DNA of 64,000 nucleotides from Antedon mediterranea. Lineage: Eukaryota > Animalia > Echinodermata. Both the position numbers and the translations under genes were made by a program. Numbering within the stretch: the first letter of the stretch is position 1; the number at the start of each line of letters is the position of its first letter. Where the stretch lies: the NCBI RefSeq assembly GCF_964355755.1, contig NC_092674.1, positions 18,414,001 through 18,478,000 on the forward strand, in the 5' to 3' direction. Below, piece by piece: positions 1 to 14,113 of this stretch. A model generated the notes under the pieces. The model did no database searches and had not been told where the DNA came from. It worked only from the letters and a program-made list of their open reading frames with translations.

Positions 1-3000
1 GCGGATTGTTCCTGAGAGTCACTTGGTGGGATTATACTAGGGTACCTCCTTGGTCGTCCAGTAAAAGTTAGAGTGGTACCACTGGTTCCGTTTACTCAGC
101 CCTCATCTTTTAAATTTGAGTGTAACTCATTTACGATTTTTAAAATATAGTGAAATTTGTACCAGTGGTCCCACTCTAAACTATATTTTAAAAATCGTAA
201 ATGAGTTACACTCAAATTTTAAAGATGAGGGCTGAGTAAACGGGACCAGTGGTCCGACTCTAATTTATACTGGACGACTAAGGGGGTACCCTAGTATAAT
301 CCCACCAAGTGACTTTCAGGAACAATCCGCCGTTTTCTCACAAATACAGTATCAAATTTCACTATATTTTAAAAATCGTAAATGAGTTACACTCAAATTT
401 TAAAGATGAGGGCTGAGTAAACGGGACCAGTGGTCCCACTCTAACTTATACTGGACAACTAAGGAGGTACCCTACTATAATCCCACCAAGTGACTCTCAG
501 GAACAATCCGCCGTTTTCTCACAAATACAGTTTCAAATTTTACTATATTGTAAAAATCGTAAATGAGTTACACTCAAATTTTAAAGATGAGGGCTGAGTA
601 AACGGGACCAGTGGTCCCACTCTAACTTCTACTGGACAACTAAGGAGGTACCCTAGTATAATTCCACCAAGTGACTCCAAGGAACAATCCGCCATTTTCT
701 CACAAATACAGTATCAATTTTCACTATATTTTAAATTTTTTTACCGTAATTGAGTTACACTCAAATTTAAAAGATGAGGGCTGAGTAAACGGAACCAGTG
801 GTCGCACTCTAACTTATACTGGACGACTAAGGACGTACCTTAGTATAATGCCACCATTTGACTCCCAGGAACAATCCGCCGTTTTCTCACAAATACAGTA
901 TCAAATTTCACTATATTTTTAAAATCGTAAATGAGTTACACTCAAATTTTAAAGATGAGGGCTGAGTAAACGGGACCAGTGGTCCCACTCTAACTTATAC
1001 TGGACGACTAAGGGGGTACCCTAGTATAATCCCACCAAGTGACTTTCAGGAACAATCCGCCGTTTTCTCACAAATACAGTATCAAATTTCACTATATTTT
1101 AAAAATCGTAAATGAGTTACACTCAAATTTTAAAGATGAGGGCTGAGTAAACGGGACCAGTGGTCCCACTCTAACTTATACTGGACAACTAAGGAGGTAC
1201 CCTACTATAATCCCACCATTTGACTCCCAGGAACAATCCGCCGTTTTCTCACAAATACAGTATCAAATTTCACTATATTTTTAAAATCGTAAATGAGTTA
1301 CACTCAAATTTTAAAGATGAGGGCTGAGTAAACGGGACCAGTGGTCCCACTCTAACTTAAACTGGACCACTAAGGAGGTACCCTAGTATAATCCCACCAA
1401 GTGACTCTCGGGAACAATCCGCCATTTTCTCACCAATACAGTATCAAATTTCACTATATTTTACAATATTAATCGTAATTGAGTTACACTCAAACGTTAA
1501 AGATGAGGGCTGAATAAACGGGACCAGTGGTCCCACTCTAACTTCTACTGGACAACTAAGGAGGTACCCTAGTATAATCCCACTAAGTGACTCCAAGGAA
1601 CAATCCGCCATTTTCTCACAAATACAGTATCAATTTTCACTATATTTTAAAATGTTTTACCGTAATTGAGTTACACTCAAATTTTAAAGATAAGGGCTGA
1701 GTAAACGGGACCAGTGGTCCCACTCTAACTTAAACTGGACAACTAAGGAGGTACCCTAGTATAATCCTACCAAGTGACTCTCGGGAACAATCCGCCATTT
1801 TCTCACAAATACAGTATCAAATTTCACTATATTTTAAAATATTATTCGTAATTGAGTTACACTCAAACGTTAAAGATGATGGCTGAGTAAACGGGACCAG
1901 TGGTCCCACTCTAACTTCTACTGGACGACTAAGGACGTACCTTAGTATAATGCCACCATGTGACTCCCAGGAACAATCCGCCGTTTTCTCACAAATACAG
2001 TATCAAATTTCACTATATTTTTAAAATCGTAAATGAGTTACACTCAAATTTTAAAGATGAGGGCTGAGTAAACGGGACCAGTGGTTCCACTCTAACTTAT
2101 ACTGGACGACTAAGGGGGTACCCTATTATAATCCCACCAAGTGACTTTCAGGAACAATCCGCCATTTTCTCACAAATACAGTATCAAATTTCACTATATT
2201 TTAAAAATCGTAAATGAGTTACACTCAAATTTTAAAGATGAGGGCTGAGTAAACGGGACCAGTGGTCCCACTCTAACTTATACTGGACAACTAAGGAGGT
2301 ACCCTACTATAATCCCACCATTTGACTCCCAGGAACAATCCGCCGTTTTCTCACAAATACAGTATCAAATTTCACTATATTTTTAAAATCGTAAATGAGT
2401 TACACTCAAATTTTAAAGATGAGGGCTGAGTAAACGGGACCAGTGGTCCCACTCTAACTTATACTGGACAACTAAGGAGGTACCCTAGTATAATCCCACC
2501 AAGTGACTCTCAGGAACAATCCGCCGTTTTCTCACAAATACAGTTTCAAATTTTACTATATTTTAAAAATCGTAAATGAGTTACACTCACATTTTAAAGA
2601 TGAGGGCTGAGAAACGGGACCAGTGGTCCCACTCTAACTTATACTGCACAACTAAGGGGGTACCCTAGTATAATCCCACCAAGTGGCTCCCAGGAACAAT
2701 CCGCCATTTTCTCACAAATACAGTATCAAATTTCACTATATTTTAAAATATTAATCGTAAATGAGTTACACTCAAATTTTAAAGATAAGGGCTGAGTAAA
2801 CGGGACCAGTGGTCCCACTCTAACTTAAACTGGACCACTAAGGAGGTACCCTAGTATAATCCCACCAAGTGACTCTCGGGAACAATCCGCCATTTTCTCA
2901 CAAATACAGTATCAATTTTCACTATATTTTAAATTTTTTTACCGTAATTGAGTTACACTCAAATTTAAAAGATGAGGGCTGAGTAAACGGAACCAGTGGT

Positions 3001-6000
3001 CGCACTCTAACTTATACTGGACGACTAAGGACGTACCTTAGTATAATGCCACCATTTGACTCCCAGGAACAATCCGCCGTTTTCTCACAAATACAGTATC
3101 AAATTTCACTATATTTTTAAAATCGTAAATGAGTTACACTCAAATTTTAAAGATGAGGGCTGAGTAAACGGGACCAGTGGTCCCATTCTAACTTATACTG
3201 GACAACTAAGGACGTACCCTAGTATAATCCCACCAAGTGACTCTGAGGAACAATCCGCCGTTTTCTCACAAATACAGTTTCAAATTTTACTATATTTTAA
3301 AAATCGTAAATGAGTTACACTCAAATTTTAAAGATGAGGGCTGAGTAAACGGGACCAGTGGTCCCACTCTAACTTATACTGCACAACTAAGGGGGTACCC
3401 TAGTATAATCCCACCAAGTGGCTCCCAGGAACAATCCGCCATTTTCTCACAAATACAGTATCAAATTTCACTATATTTTAAAATATTAATCGTAAATGAG
3501 TTACACTCAAATTTTAAAGATAAGGGCTGAGTAAACGGGACCAGTGGTCCCACTCTAACTTAAACTGGACAACTAAGGAGGTACCCTAGTATAATCCCAC
3601 CAAGTGACTCTCAGGAACAATCCGCCGTTTTCTCACAAATACAGTTTCAAATTTTACTATATTTTAAAAATCGTAAATGAGTTACACTCACATTTTAAAG
3701 ATGAGGGCTGAGAAACGGGACCAGTGGTCCCACTCTAACTTATACTGCACAACTAAGGGGGTACCCTAGTATAATCCCACCAAGTGGCTCCCAGGAACAA
3801 TCCGCCATTTTCTCACAAATACAGTATCAAATTTCACTATATTTTAAAATATTAATCGTAAATGAGTTACACTCAAATTTTAAAGATAAGGGCTGAGTAA
3901 ACGGGACCAGTGGTCCCACTCTAACTTAAACTGGACCACTAAGGAGGTACCCTAGTATAATCCCACCAAGTGACTCTCGGGAACAATCCGCCATTTTCTC
4001 ACAAATACAGTATCAATTTTCACTATATTTTAAATTTTTTTACCGTAATTGAGTTACACTCAAATTTAAAAGATGAGGGCTGAGTAAACGGAACCAGTGG
4101 TCGCACTCTAACTTATACTGGACGACTAAGGACGTACCTTAGTATAATGCCACCATTTGACTCCCAGGAACAATCCGCCGTTTTCTCACAAATACAGTAT
4201 CAAATTTCACTATATTTTTAAAATCGTAAATGAGTTACACTCAAATTTTAAAGATGAGGGCTGAGTAAACGGGACCAGTGGTCCCATTCTAACTTATACT
4301 GGACAACTAAGGACGTACCCTAGTATAATCCCACCAAGTGACTCTGAGGAACAATCCGCCGTTTTCTCACAAATACAGTTTCAAATTTTACTATATTTTA
4401 AAAATCGTAAATGAGTTACACTCAAATTTTAAAGATGAGGGCTGAGTAAACGGGACCAGTGGTCCCACTCTAACTTATACTGCACAACTAAGGGGGTACC
4501 CTAGTATAATCCCACCAAGTGGCTCCCAGGAACAATCCGCCATTTTCTCACAAATACAGTATCAAATTTCACTATATTTTAAAATATTAATCGTAAATGA
4601 GTTACACTCAAATTTTAAAGATAAGGGCTGAGTAAACGGGACCAGTGGTCCCACTCTAACTTAAACTGGACAACTAAGGAGGTACCCTAGTATAATCCCA
4701 CCAAGTGACTCTCGGGAACAATCCGCCATTTTCTCACAAATACAGTATCAAATTTCACTATATTTTAAAATATTAATCGTAATTGAGTTACACTCAAACG
4801 TTAAAGATGAGGGCTGAGTAAACGGGACCAGTGGTCCCACTCTAACTTCTACTGGACAACTAAGGAGGTACCTTAGTATAATCCCACCAAGTGAATCCAA
4901 GGAACAATCCGCCATTTTCTCACAAATACAGTATCAAATTTCACTATATTTTACAATATTAATCGTAATTGAGTTACACTCAAATTTAAAAGATGAGGGC
5001 TGAGTAAACGGGACCAGTGGTCGCACTCTAACTTATACTGGACGACTAAGGACGTACCTTAGTATAATGCCACCATGTGACTCCCAGGAACAATCCGCCG
5101 TTTTCTCACAAATACAGTATCAAATTTCACTATATTTTTAAAATCGTAAATGAGTTACACTCAAATTTTAAAGATGAGAGCTGAGTAAACGGGACCAGTG
5201 GTCCCACTCTAACTTATACTGGACAACTAAGGAGGTACCCTAGTATAATCCCACCAAGTGACTCTCAGGAACAATCCGCCGTTTTCTCACAAATACAGTT
5301 TCAAATTTTACTATATTTTAAAAATCGTAAATGAGTTACACTCAAATTTTAAAGATGAGGGCTGAGTAAACGGGACCAGTGGTCCCACTCTAACTTATAC
5401 TGCACAACTAAGGGGGTACCTTAGTATAATCCCACCAAGTGGCTCCCAGGAACAATCCGCCATTTTCTCACAAATACAGTATCAAATTTCACTATATTTT
5501 AAAATATTAATCGTAAATGAGTTACACTCAAATTTTAAAGATAAGGGCTGAGTAAACGGGACCAGTGGTCCCACTCTAACTTAAACTGGACAACTAAGGA
5601 GGTACCCTAGTATAATCCCACCAAGTGACTCTCGGGAACAATCCGCCATTTTCTCACAAATACAGTATCAAATTTCACTATATTTTAAAATATTAATCGT
5701 AATTGAGTTACCCTCAAACGTTAAAGATGAGGGCTGAGTAAACGGGACCAGTGGTCCCACTCTAACTTCTACTGGACAACTAAGGAGGTACCCTAGTATA
5801 ATCCCACCAAGTGACTCCAAGGAACAATCCGCCATTTTCTCACAAATACAGTATCAATTTTCACTATATTTTGAAAATTTTTACCGTAATTGAGTTACAC
5901 TCAAATTTAAAAGATGAGGGCTGAGTAAACGGAACCAGTGGTCGCACTCTAACTTATACTGGACGACTAAGGGCGTACCTTAGTATAATGCCACCATGTG

Positions 6001-6760
6001 ACTCCCAGGAACAATCCGCCGTTTTCTCACAAATACAGTATCTAATTTCACTATATTTTAAAAATCGTAAATGAGTTACACTCAAATGTTAAAGATGAGG
6101 GCTGAGTAAACGGGACCAGTGGTCCCACTCTAACTTATACTGGACAACTAAGGAGGTACCCTAGTATAATCCCACCAAGTGACTCCCAGGAACAATCCGC
6201 CATTTTCTCACAAATACAGTATCAAATTTCACTATATTTTTAAATCGTAAATGAGTTACACTCAAATTTAAAAGATGAGGGCTGAGTAAATGGTACCAGT
6301 GGTCCCACTCTAACTTATAGTGTACGACTAAGGAGGTATCCTAGTATAATCCCACCAAGTGACTCCCAGGAACAATCCGCCATTTTCTCACCAATACAGT
6401 TTCAAATTTAACTATATTTTAAAAATTGTAATTGAGTTACACTCAAATTTTAAAGATGAGGGCTGAGTAAACGGGACCAGTGGTCGCACTCTAACTTATA
6501 CTGGACGACTAAGGGGGTACCCTAGTATAATCCCACCAAGTGACTCCCAGGAACAATCCGCCATTTTCTCACAAATACAGTTTCAAATTTAACTATATTT
6601 TAAAAATTGTAATTGAGTTACACTCAAATTTTAAAGATGAGGGCTGAGTAAACGGGACCATTGGTCCCACTCTAACTTATACTGGACGACTAAGGGGGTA
6701 CCCTAGTATAATCCCACCTAGTGAATCCCAGGAACAATCCGCCGTTTTTCTCACAAATAT
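1..6760. repeat. Satellite array, ~181-185-bp monomer, about 36 copies; bases 1-158 are inverted relative to the rest
   Basis: The unit ...GAGTTACACTCAAATTTTAAAGATGAGGGCTGAGTAAACGGGACCAGTGGTCCCACTCTAAC...GGAACAATCCGCC recurs (e.g. CCCACCAAG at 301 and 482). Bases 1-150 are the reverse complement of 181-330. Confidence 0.98.
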
Positions 6761-6908
6761 TTAATTCCTAATACCATAAAAGCCATAAGTAACAATGAAA
6801 ATGTAAAGAATGCACAAACGGCGTTTCATAGTTATTGTTGGCTGGAAAAAATAAAAGTGGGCTGGCTTATTGTTGGCTGGCTTATTGTTGGCTAGCTTGA
6901 CACAAGCG

Positions 6909-9704
6909 AAAGCCATATACTGCATAAAAATAGGGGTGAATTTGTTTGTTTTTTGTATTGGTTCATTCTTTGATGTATCCTAACTTCCATGTAGGCCCTA
7001 GCATTTATTTGTTTGTTATTATAACAAATATATATATATTTTAACAAATCAATACCATTAATAAAATTATTTACTAAAATAAAAACAGAATCTAAGCGTT
7101 ATTTCATTGACAACAAAATCTAAAAATAATGCATGAACTAATAGGAAAACGCTATACAAAAGAGACGCGCGCGCCCTCAGCGTGCGAATTCTTTGACACA
7201 AAAATGGCTTCTAATTTTTAATGTCGTAACTCTTTATATATATGGCTCTGATGGAAGCCAGAGCCATATATATAAAGAGTTACGACATTGGATTATAGTC
7301 ACGTGATATGCAGATCAATTTGTGTCAAACTTGTCTCCGTTAATGCATGTAAAGTATAGGAGCAAGAAATTACTTTAAACTTTTTCTTATATAAAAAAAA
7401 ATGTAATTACACATTTTACGGTGGAATATCGACGTGCACAGCGTACAGAACCACTTGCGCCAAAGAATATTTCGCGCGCGTACGCTAGTACATTATAACG
7501 TTCGATTGATTGATTTTGGAACAAAATATCCCATAACTACGTCCCATTAATAACAATTATGTAATATTTTCAATTCATAATGCATGCTTTGATGACTAAA
7601 TAAAATAATAAAGTGTCGTGGATATATTTGTTAATATATTGAATAGGTATGAACAATATTAAAATAATAAAGGCAAATTATTACAAATGAAATGATGAAC
7701 GAGTCTCTGAAAGTTTGTGTCAAAAACACACGGAGAGCATATACTGATATAAAAAGAGGGGTGAATTTGTATTGGTTCATGCTTTGATGTATCCTGACTT
7801 GCATGTAGGCCCTAGTATTTATTCTTTTGTTATTATAGACACAATATATATATGTTACAAAATTAATACCATTAATCAAATTAATTACTAAAATAAAAAC
7901 GGAATATAAGCGTTATTTCATAGACAAAAAAATCTAAAAATAAAGCAAGAACTACAGGAAAACGCTATACAAATAAGACGCGCGCGCCCTCAGCGTGCGA
8001 ATTCTTTGACACAAACATGGCTTCTAATCTTCAATGTCGTAACTCTTTATATGGCTCTGATGGAAGCCAGAGCCATATATATATAAAGAGTTACGACATT
8101 GAAAATTAGAAGCCATTTTTGTGTCAAAGAATTCGCACGCTGAGGGCGCGCGCGTCTCTTTTGTATAGCGCTTTCCTATTAGTTCATGCATTATTTTTAG
8201 ATTTTGTTGTCAATGAAATAACGCTTAGATTCCGTTTTTATTTTAGTAAATAATTTTATTAATGGTATTGATTTGTTAAAATATATATATATTTGTTATA
8301 ATAACAAACAAAAAAATGCTAGGGCCTACATGGAAGTTAGGATACATCAAAGAATGAACCAATACAAAAAACAAACAAATTCACCCATATTTTTATGCAG
8401 TATATGGCTTTCTGTGTGTTTTTTACACAAACTGCGCCGCCAACGTTATTAACATTCAGAGACTCGTTCATCATTTCATTTGTAATAATTTGCCTTTATT
8501 ATTTTAATATTGTTCATACCCTTTTCAGTATATTAACAAATATATCCTCAACACATTATTATTTTATTTAGTCATCAAAGCATGCATTATGAATTGAAAA
8601 TATTACATAATTGTTATTAATAGGACGTAGTTATGGGATGTTTTGTTCCAAAATCAATCAATAGAACGTTATAATGTACTAGCGCACGCGCGCGCAATAT
8701 TCTTTGCCGCAAGTACTTATGTACGCTGTGCACATCGATATTTAACCGTAAAATGTGCAATTACATTTTTTTAAATATAAGAAAAAGTTTAAAGTATTTT
8801 CTTGCTCCTATACTTTTCATGCATTAAGGGTCTTTCACACCTGTTCCGGCACGGTTCCGGTCCGGCGAATCGAACATCAATGTTTCGTTTTCACGCGGCT
8901 ATGCGTCAATCGATATGTGCGTAGCCGCGTGAAAACGAAACATTGGCGTTCGATTGGATTTTCCGGCGCCGGACCGGAACCGTGCCGGAACAGGTGTGAA
9001 AGACCCTTTAACGGAGACAAGTTTGACACAAATTGATCTGCATATCACGTGACTATAATCCAATGTCGTAACTCTTTATATATATGGCTCTATAGAGACA
9101 GTTACGGCATTGAATGGATTAGAAGCCGTGTTTGTGTCCAACTATTCTTATGTAGCGTATGGAGTTTAGTCTTTTGTTTTGAAAATGTATAACGTTCAAA
9201 AGGCTTTAATTATCGAATTTAATATCAAAACAATCAATTTGATTAAAGGTTTTTGTTAAAATAATAAAAAAATTATAAAGTTACTGCGAACATGATTTAA
9301 AACAACAAAAATAGCAATTTCGGAAGGGCTCTGGTTGTGCGCTCCATGCACGCTCTACGCGTGCGAGTTTAGTTTGTACAGCGATTCTCTATAGTAATGC
9401 ATTGTTTTTACATTTTGTTGTTTAAAATAATGTTCGCAGTAACTTTATGATTTCGTTATTATCTTAACAAAAACCTTTAAACAAATTGATTGTTTTGATA
9501 TTAAATTCGATATTTAAAGCCTTGTGAATGTTATACATTTTTTAAGCAAAATGACTCGACTCCATACGCTACATAGGCATAGTTGGACACAAACATGGCC
9601 CGTGCACACCACGTGACTTTCTAAAATCCGTGAACGCAAAGTCGTAACTCTCTCTATATATGGCTTTGATGGAAGCAGAGCCATTATATGGCTCTGCATG
9701 GAAG
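6909..9704. mobile_element. Tandem cluster of non-autonomous TIR elements (P-like or hAT-like MITEs): C 6909-7250 (left-truncated), A 7259-8059, B 8068-9091 (inverted), D 9092-9668, TIR-only remnant 9676-9696
   Basis: Shared termini CAGAGCCATATATATAAAGAGTTACGACATT...AATGTCGTAACTCTTTATATATGGCTCTG. The spacer ATGGAAG(C) occurs at 7251, 8060, 9669 and 9698. The superfamily is inferred from the 7-8-bp duplication and CA...TG ends. Confidence 0.85.
8827..9007. mobile_element. PIF/Harbinger (Tourist-like) palindromic MITE inserted in copy B
   Basis: 181-bp near-perfect hairpin AGGGTCTTTCACACCTGTTCCGG...CCGGAACAGGTGTGAAAGACCCT with a TTA duplication (8824-8826, 9008-9010). The empty site is visible in copy A (TCTCCGTTAATGCATG near 7335). 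Confidence 0.88.
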
Positions 9705-10015
9705 ATGTCAGTATAATAATAATTTATTTAGAGCACTCGACCAAGTTGAAGGTGCATCTATAAGAAATATACAAAAAAAAATGATATAGTAAACAAGAAT
9801 TACAATAAAAAAAATGTCGATGTAGGTCAACATGTCAAAACAATTCGACTACAGTAACTACAATACCATTGATAATTATCACTACAGCAGCAGGAAACCC
9901 ACTGACACCTAAAAATACAAAACTACAAGAAATAAACATATAGGATATAGAACTGTACAATATAAACTGTACAACAACAATGTAGACCTAACCCTAATGA
10001 GATAGATATCAATCA

Positions 10016-10480
10016 TTAACTATCGATTAATTTCCATAGACGACCTCTAATCCCAATATTCCATGCTGTCATAAGCATTCCTTCCCTCCAAACCGTATCA
10101 AATGCTTTTTTTAAATCTAAGAAGGCCATGAAGGTTTTTTTTCCTTCAAGCAGACGACAGGAAGCTATGCTTTTGAGGGTAAATATATGTGATCCGCACA
10201 TCGTCGTGAAGGTCTAAACCCTCCCTGTACAACACATTTTTATTTTCCAGGAAGTCAGATATATTATTTGAAACGATTCGGTTAAATATTTTCGAGATAC
10301 ATTGAGTAAGGGAAATCCCCCTGTAATTATGGGTCCCCCTTTTTATGAATAAGTACAATAATACTTTTATTCCAGTCATTTGGAACTTTTTCTAAAGCAA
10401 TTATTCTCTTAAATAAAGAAAGAATTGACATATTCAAACATTTACCACCATTTAAAAAAAATTCATTAGTGATCGTGTCA
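10016..10480 (-). pseudogene. Degenerate non-LTR retrotransposon (LINE) reverse transcriptase fragment
   Basis: Motifs NYRGISLTQCISKIFNRIV and FMAFLDLKKAFDTVWREG...GIRGRLW lie in two frameshifted ORFs. Confidence 0.85.
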
Positions 10481-13400
10481 GTGACTGCTTAGTCTAGCCT
10501 AATTCTATTTTTTTTATAAATAAGTCATTAATCTATTATTAAAATGTAATTGCCTTAAAAAACGTATATATGATCACTTCACTGAATTATTTATATAAAA
10601 AAATAAATGGAAAACGATCATACGTCATTGTCACGTTTTCTATTTGACAACTAGTAAATGCGTGTTTTGTTCTTTTTATAAAAGGGAAATTCCCGGTCAG
10701 AAAAAACACGTAGCTGTTATAGAGGAAACATCTGCCAAAATGTTTATCGCCTAAACAAACTGTGTATCATCATTTTACTGAATTATTTAATAACAAAATA
10801 CTGGAAAACGATTATACGTCATTACTATTTGACACCCTATTATAAATGCGTGTTTTTTTATAAAAGGGAAATCCCGGTCAGCAAAAACACGTAGCACAAA
10901 ATCTACGAGTAATTCGACCCCATAGTCCTCCTGCAGGTTTTTTGCATAAAACAGGGAGTTAATATAATATATTTATCAATAAAATTTTCATAACGTTTAT
11001 ATTTAATCTAAATTGAAATAATATTTACTTGATCAATTATATCTAATGAGAGAAGATAATTAGGTGATAAGGATAAAAATTGGTAAGTATAAAAATGATA
11101 CGTTGTTTGTACTTTACCTATAGGCTTAATTGAATTGTAATACTATACTAACAGTAGAGTGATTTTTTTTAAAATTAAATGTTCTCTTACGTAAATAAAA
11201 GACACACACGTACGTTTTCTCTATAAAATATATTACATTTCGGAATGTTAACAAATAAATATGCCTAATTAAACGATGTTTACAATCAATGGTCATTTTT
11301 ATTGGCACAAATTTCTCCGAAAGCTGTAAAAAATTTAAAAAAAAAACAATTTAAATAAGTAATGTGCTTTTTGAAAATCATTAAAAAAAAGTTCTTGTTT
11401 TGTTTGCAATTCACTGATTACCACTGCTGCATACCGGTTAAAATCGGTGTGAATAAATTAACTTCATTTTCTTGAGAGTAGAAACAGGACAAATTTGTTA
11501 AAAGGCAGCGCAAAATAACCGGTTAAAAACAGCCATTCACTTCGGTATTAGAACGCCATTTAACTGGTTATCGCCGGGCAACTTTTAGCTGCAACACAAA
11601 ATAACGGTTATTTGATTTATAGCTAATGACTCCGAGTCAACTACACGGCAATAACGTTTGAATTAACCGCCAGGACTAATTGCATTTTGGGAAATTCTAA
11701 CGATTTTTGCCAACGACCACCCATTTTGGAGCACAAATTGAGCAGAAACGCGGTCTTGTTATTTTTAATTCATTTTAAAATGTAAAAAAAAATCGAAAAT
11801 GTTGATTGCATAGGCTATATTATCCAGAGCCTGCCTATTAGTTAGTATTACGACGTATTTTAAAACCATAATTACGAATCTTTCTATGATGTGGATACTA
11901 GCTCATATTTGTTTTAGTAGTTTTAGGATAATAATAAATGTATAAATGATAATAATGTAGATTTAGACCTCATAGATTAATTAAAACAAACAGCGTGTAA
12001 GATAATGAGTTATACTTATAGATCATTTGCTTTTTTTTATGTCTATTGTTATTTAATATTTTACCGTATTATGGTTATGACTATACGCTTTTCAAAATGA
12101 AGAAATAACAAATACCATCTCATCGCCGATGACTACGCTCGCTCCAAGTCTGTATTTACTGTATTGTCTTTTTCACGCTGCTGCTTTAGCCCGCTACGTC
12201 CCAAGATGATGACTCATTTAGAAGCTGAAAGCAGGCAGCAGTTATAGTACTAGAGGCTGACATTTTTGGGAATTTGTAAACTAGGACAGGTCATGCTAAA
12301 ATCACAAACCCCAAAGCACATCTGTGAGAAGATTGCTGATAATCATGTAGACAGTAATCTGTAAAATCTTGTTCAATAAATAATGAATTTGTTCTTGCTG
12401 TTAACCTAGGCCAGTATTATAATAATTCACTGTCAAATAATCAAAACATTATTTCTGGTATTTACAATGATTTGAGTGAATACTGAAATTCGCTGTCAGA
12501 TAATCATTGAATTATTATCAAAACAGTCCATAATAGTAAAGTTTTTGTTTGTAATAGGATACTTCAAACTTGAAGTATCTAGGCTTGATGAAGTGACCCC
12601 TAGACTTGACCTTAGCAATATAATAAACTAAAGTGACAGAAATTGAATTCTCTTGTATTTACTTCAAATACAAAAGTTATTCACTTCTGTAAATAATATT
12701 TATTCATGTATAAAAAGAGAAAAGAAACGTTTAATTATAACTCAAAAACCATTGTCTAACAAGACAATTTAAGTATTTTTTGCTTTAAATTACATTTTTC
12801 AGGTAAATAATTGTTTGGTTAACGTGAATAACTATTATGTGACAATAAAATGACACATTCAAAAACAAATTTGAAATAAAAAATATTTTCAGGGGGACAA
12901 TATATATCTTTAAAACTGTTGCGTCAGCAAGCGAGCAGCGTTTTTTGTAAGAAATATAGATAGTCCACCAGTCGACGTTTCGATTTTTGTCTGGCAATAC
13001 AAGCTCAAGTAGTATACGTATGAAACGCCATATGTGCCAAAATATTTCTCTTTTTACTAATATTAAGTCAAAACTTTGTCTGGAACCCAGACTAGCCTAC
13101 CACATACATACAGTCGTGACATACCGTATTCAAATGGTTAATTAAATTTCGTAACTTCTGAAAGTTTACTAAGCTTTGTATCACACTTTCTTTACAGTTT
13201 AACGGTATTTTGATGACAAATAATATGTAAGCTTGGCACATATATATCTTGTATCTTGTAAGTAGCAATTCACAAAATTTACAGCATTTATCTCGAAAAG
13301 AAGCCCATTTTGAAAAGAAGCCCATTTTGAAAAGAAGCCATCTTGAAAACACAAGAGTAGGCTTACTAAAAAAAGGTTTTACTGTAGGTTCTTTGGCTAT

Positions 13401-14113
13401 AGACGTATCAAACCTGTTTAAATGCGCCACGCCTAAACAGCGCAGTTTTCTTTAAGTTATAACATTATCATGTTGCGGATTAATATCACTTTCCATTTTG
13501 TTACAAGCAACTTTATTGTACGCATCAGGACTATACATGAAAGAAGAAGACAGTAGACATTGCTATCCGTGACGATTGATCGGCCCAGGGACGATGACGA
13601 TTTCAGACTAAGACCAAACCACATGCATTTTGTGATATATTTATCAATGTTTTTAAACGTATTTGAACTACTGTTTGTTAACATATTTTATTATTTTCCA
13701 ATGTTGATGAAATATAGAAAATAGAAAAAAAACGTAATTAAATATTATTTTTAATTTCATAGTGTTTGCTTTATTGCATCGTTATTCTATACGTTTAGCA
13801 TTGAATCGTTGTTTTACATAACCTAACTTATACTGCGCCTACTAAAACTAAATGTTAATGTTAAGCAATGTTGTGAAAAAAGATTTTAGGAGATGTTTTA
13901 ACTTAATGAGATTTGATGAAGAATTTCAGAAGGCTGTGTTTCAACTAAAATCATTATACATTAGACCTACATTAAAAACTGTCTGCATATATATATCACA
14001 GATTTCCTCATCTTATCGTTTCAAGCAGGCACAGAACATTCTAAACCGTCCGGTAAAATACTGTAATTTAATTAATTAATTTGAAACGATAAAGATGAGG
14101 AAATCTGTGAGAA

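Noticed and set aside
7251-9704. MITE array as a true CRISPR-like immune locus
   Set aside because: The intervening units are related transposon copies with TIRs and the repeat is only 7-8 bp. It is kept as a transposon-stacking finding instead.
10580-10895. ~130-bp imperfect direct duplication
   Set aside because: An ordinary local duplication with no LTR termini or coding signal.
13092-13455. 112-aa and 68-aa ORFs around the AAAAGAAGCCCATTTTG tandem
   Set aside because: No protein motif. The same short motif recurs at ~16190-16530, indicating MITE debris whose ends I could not define.
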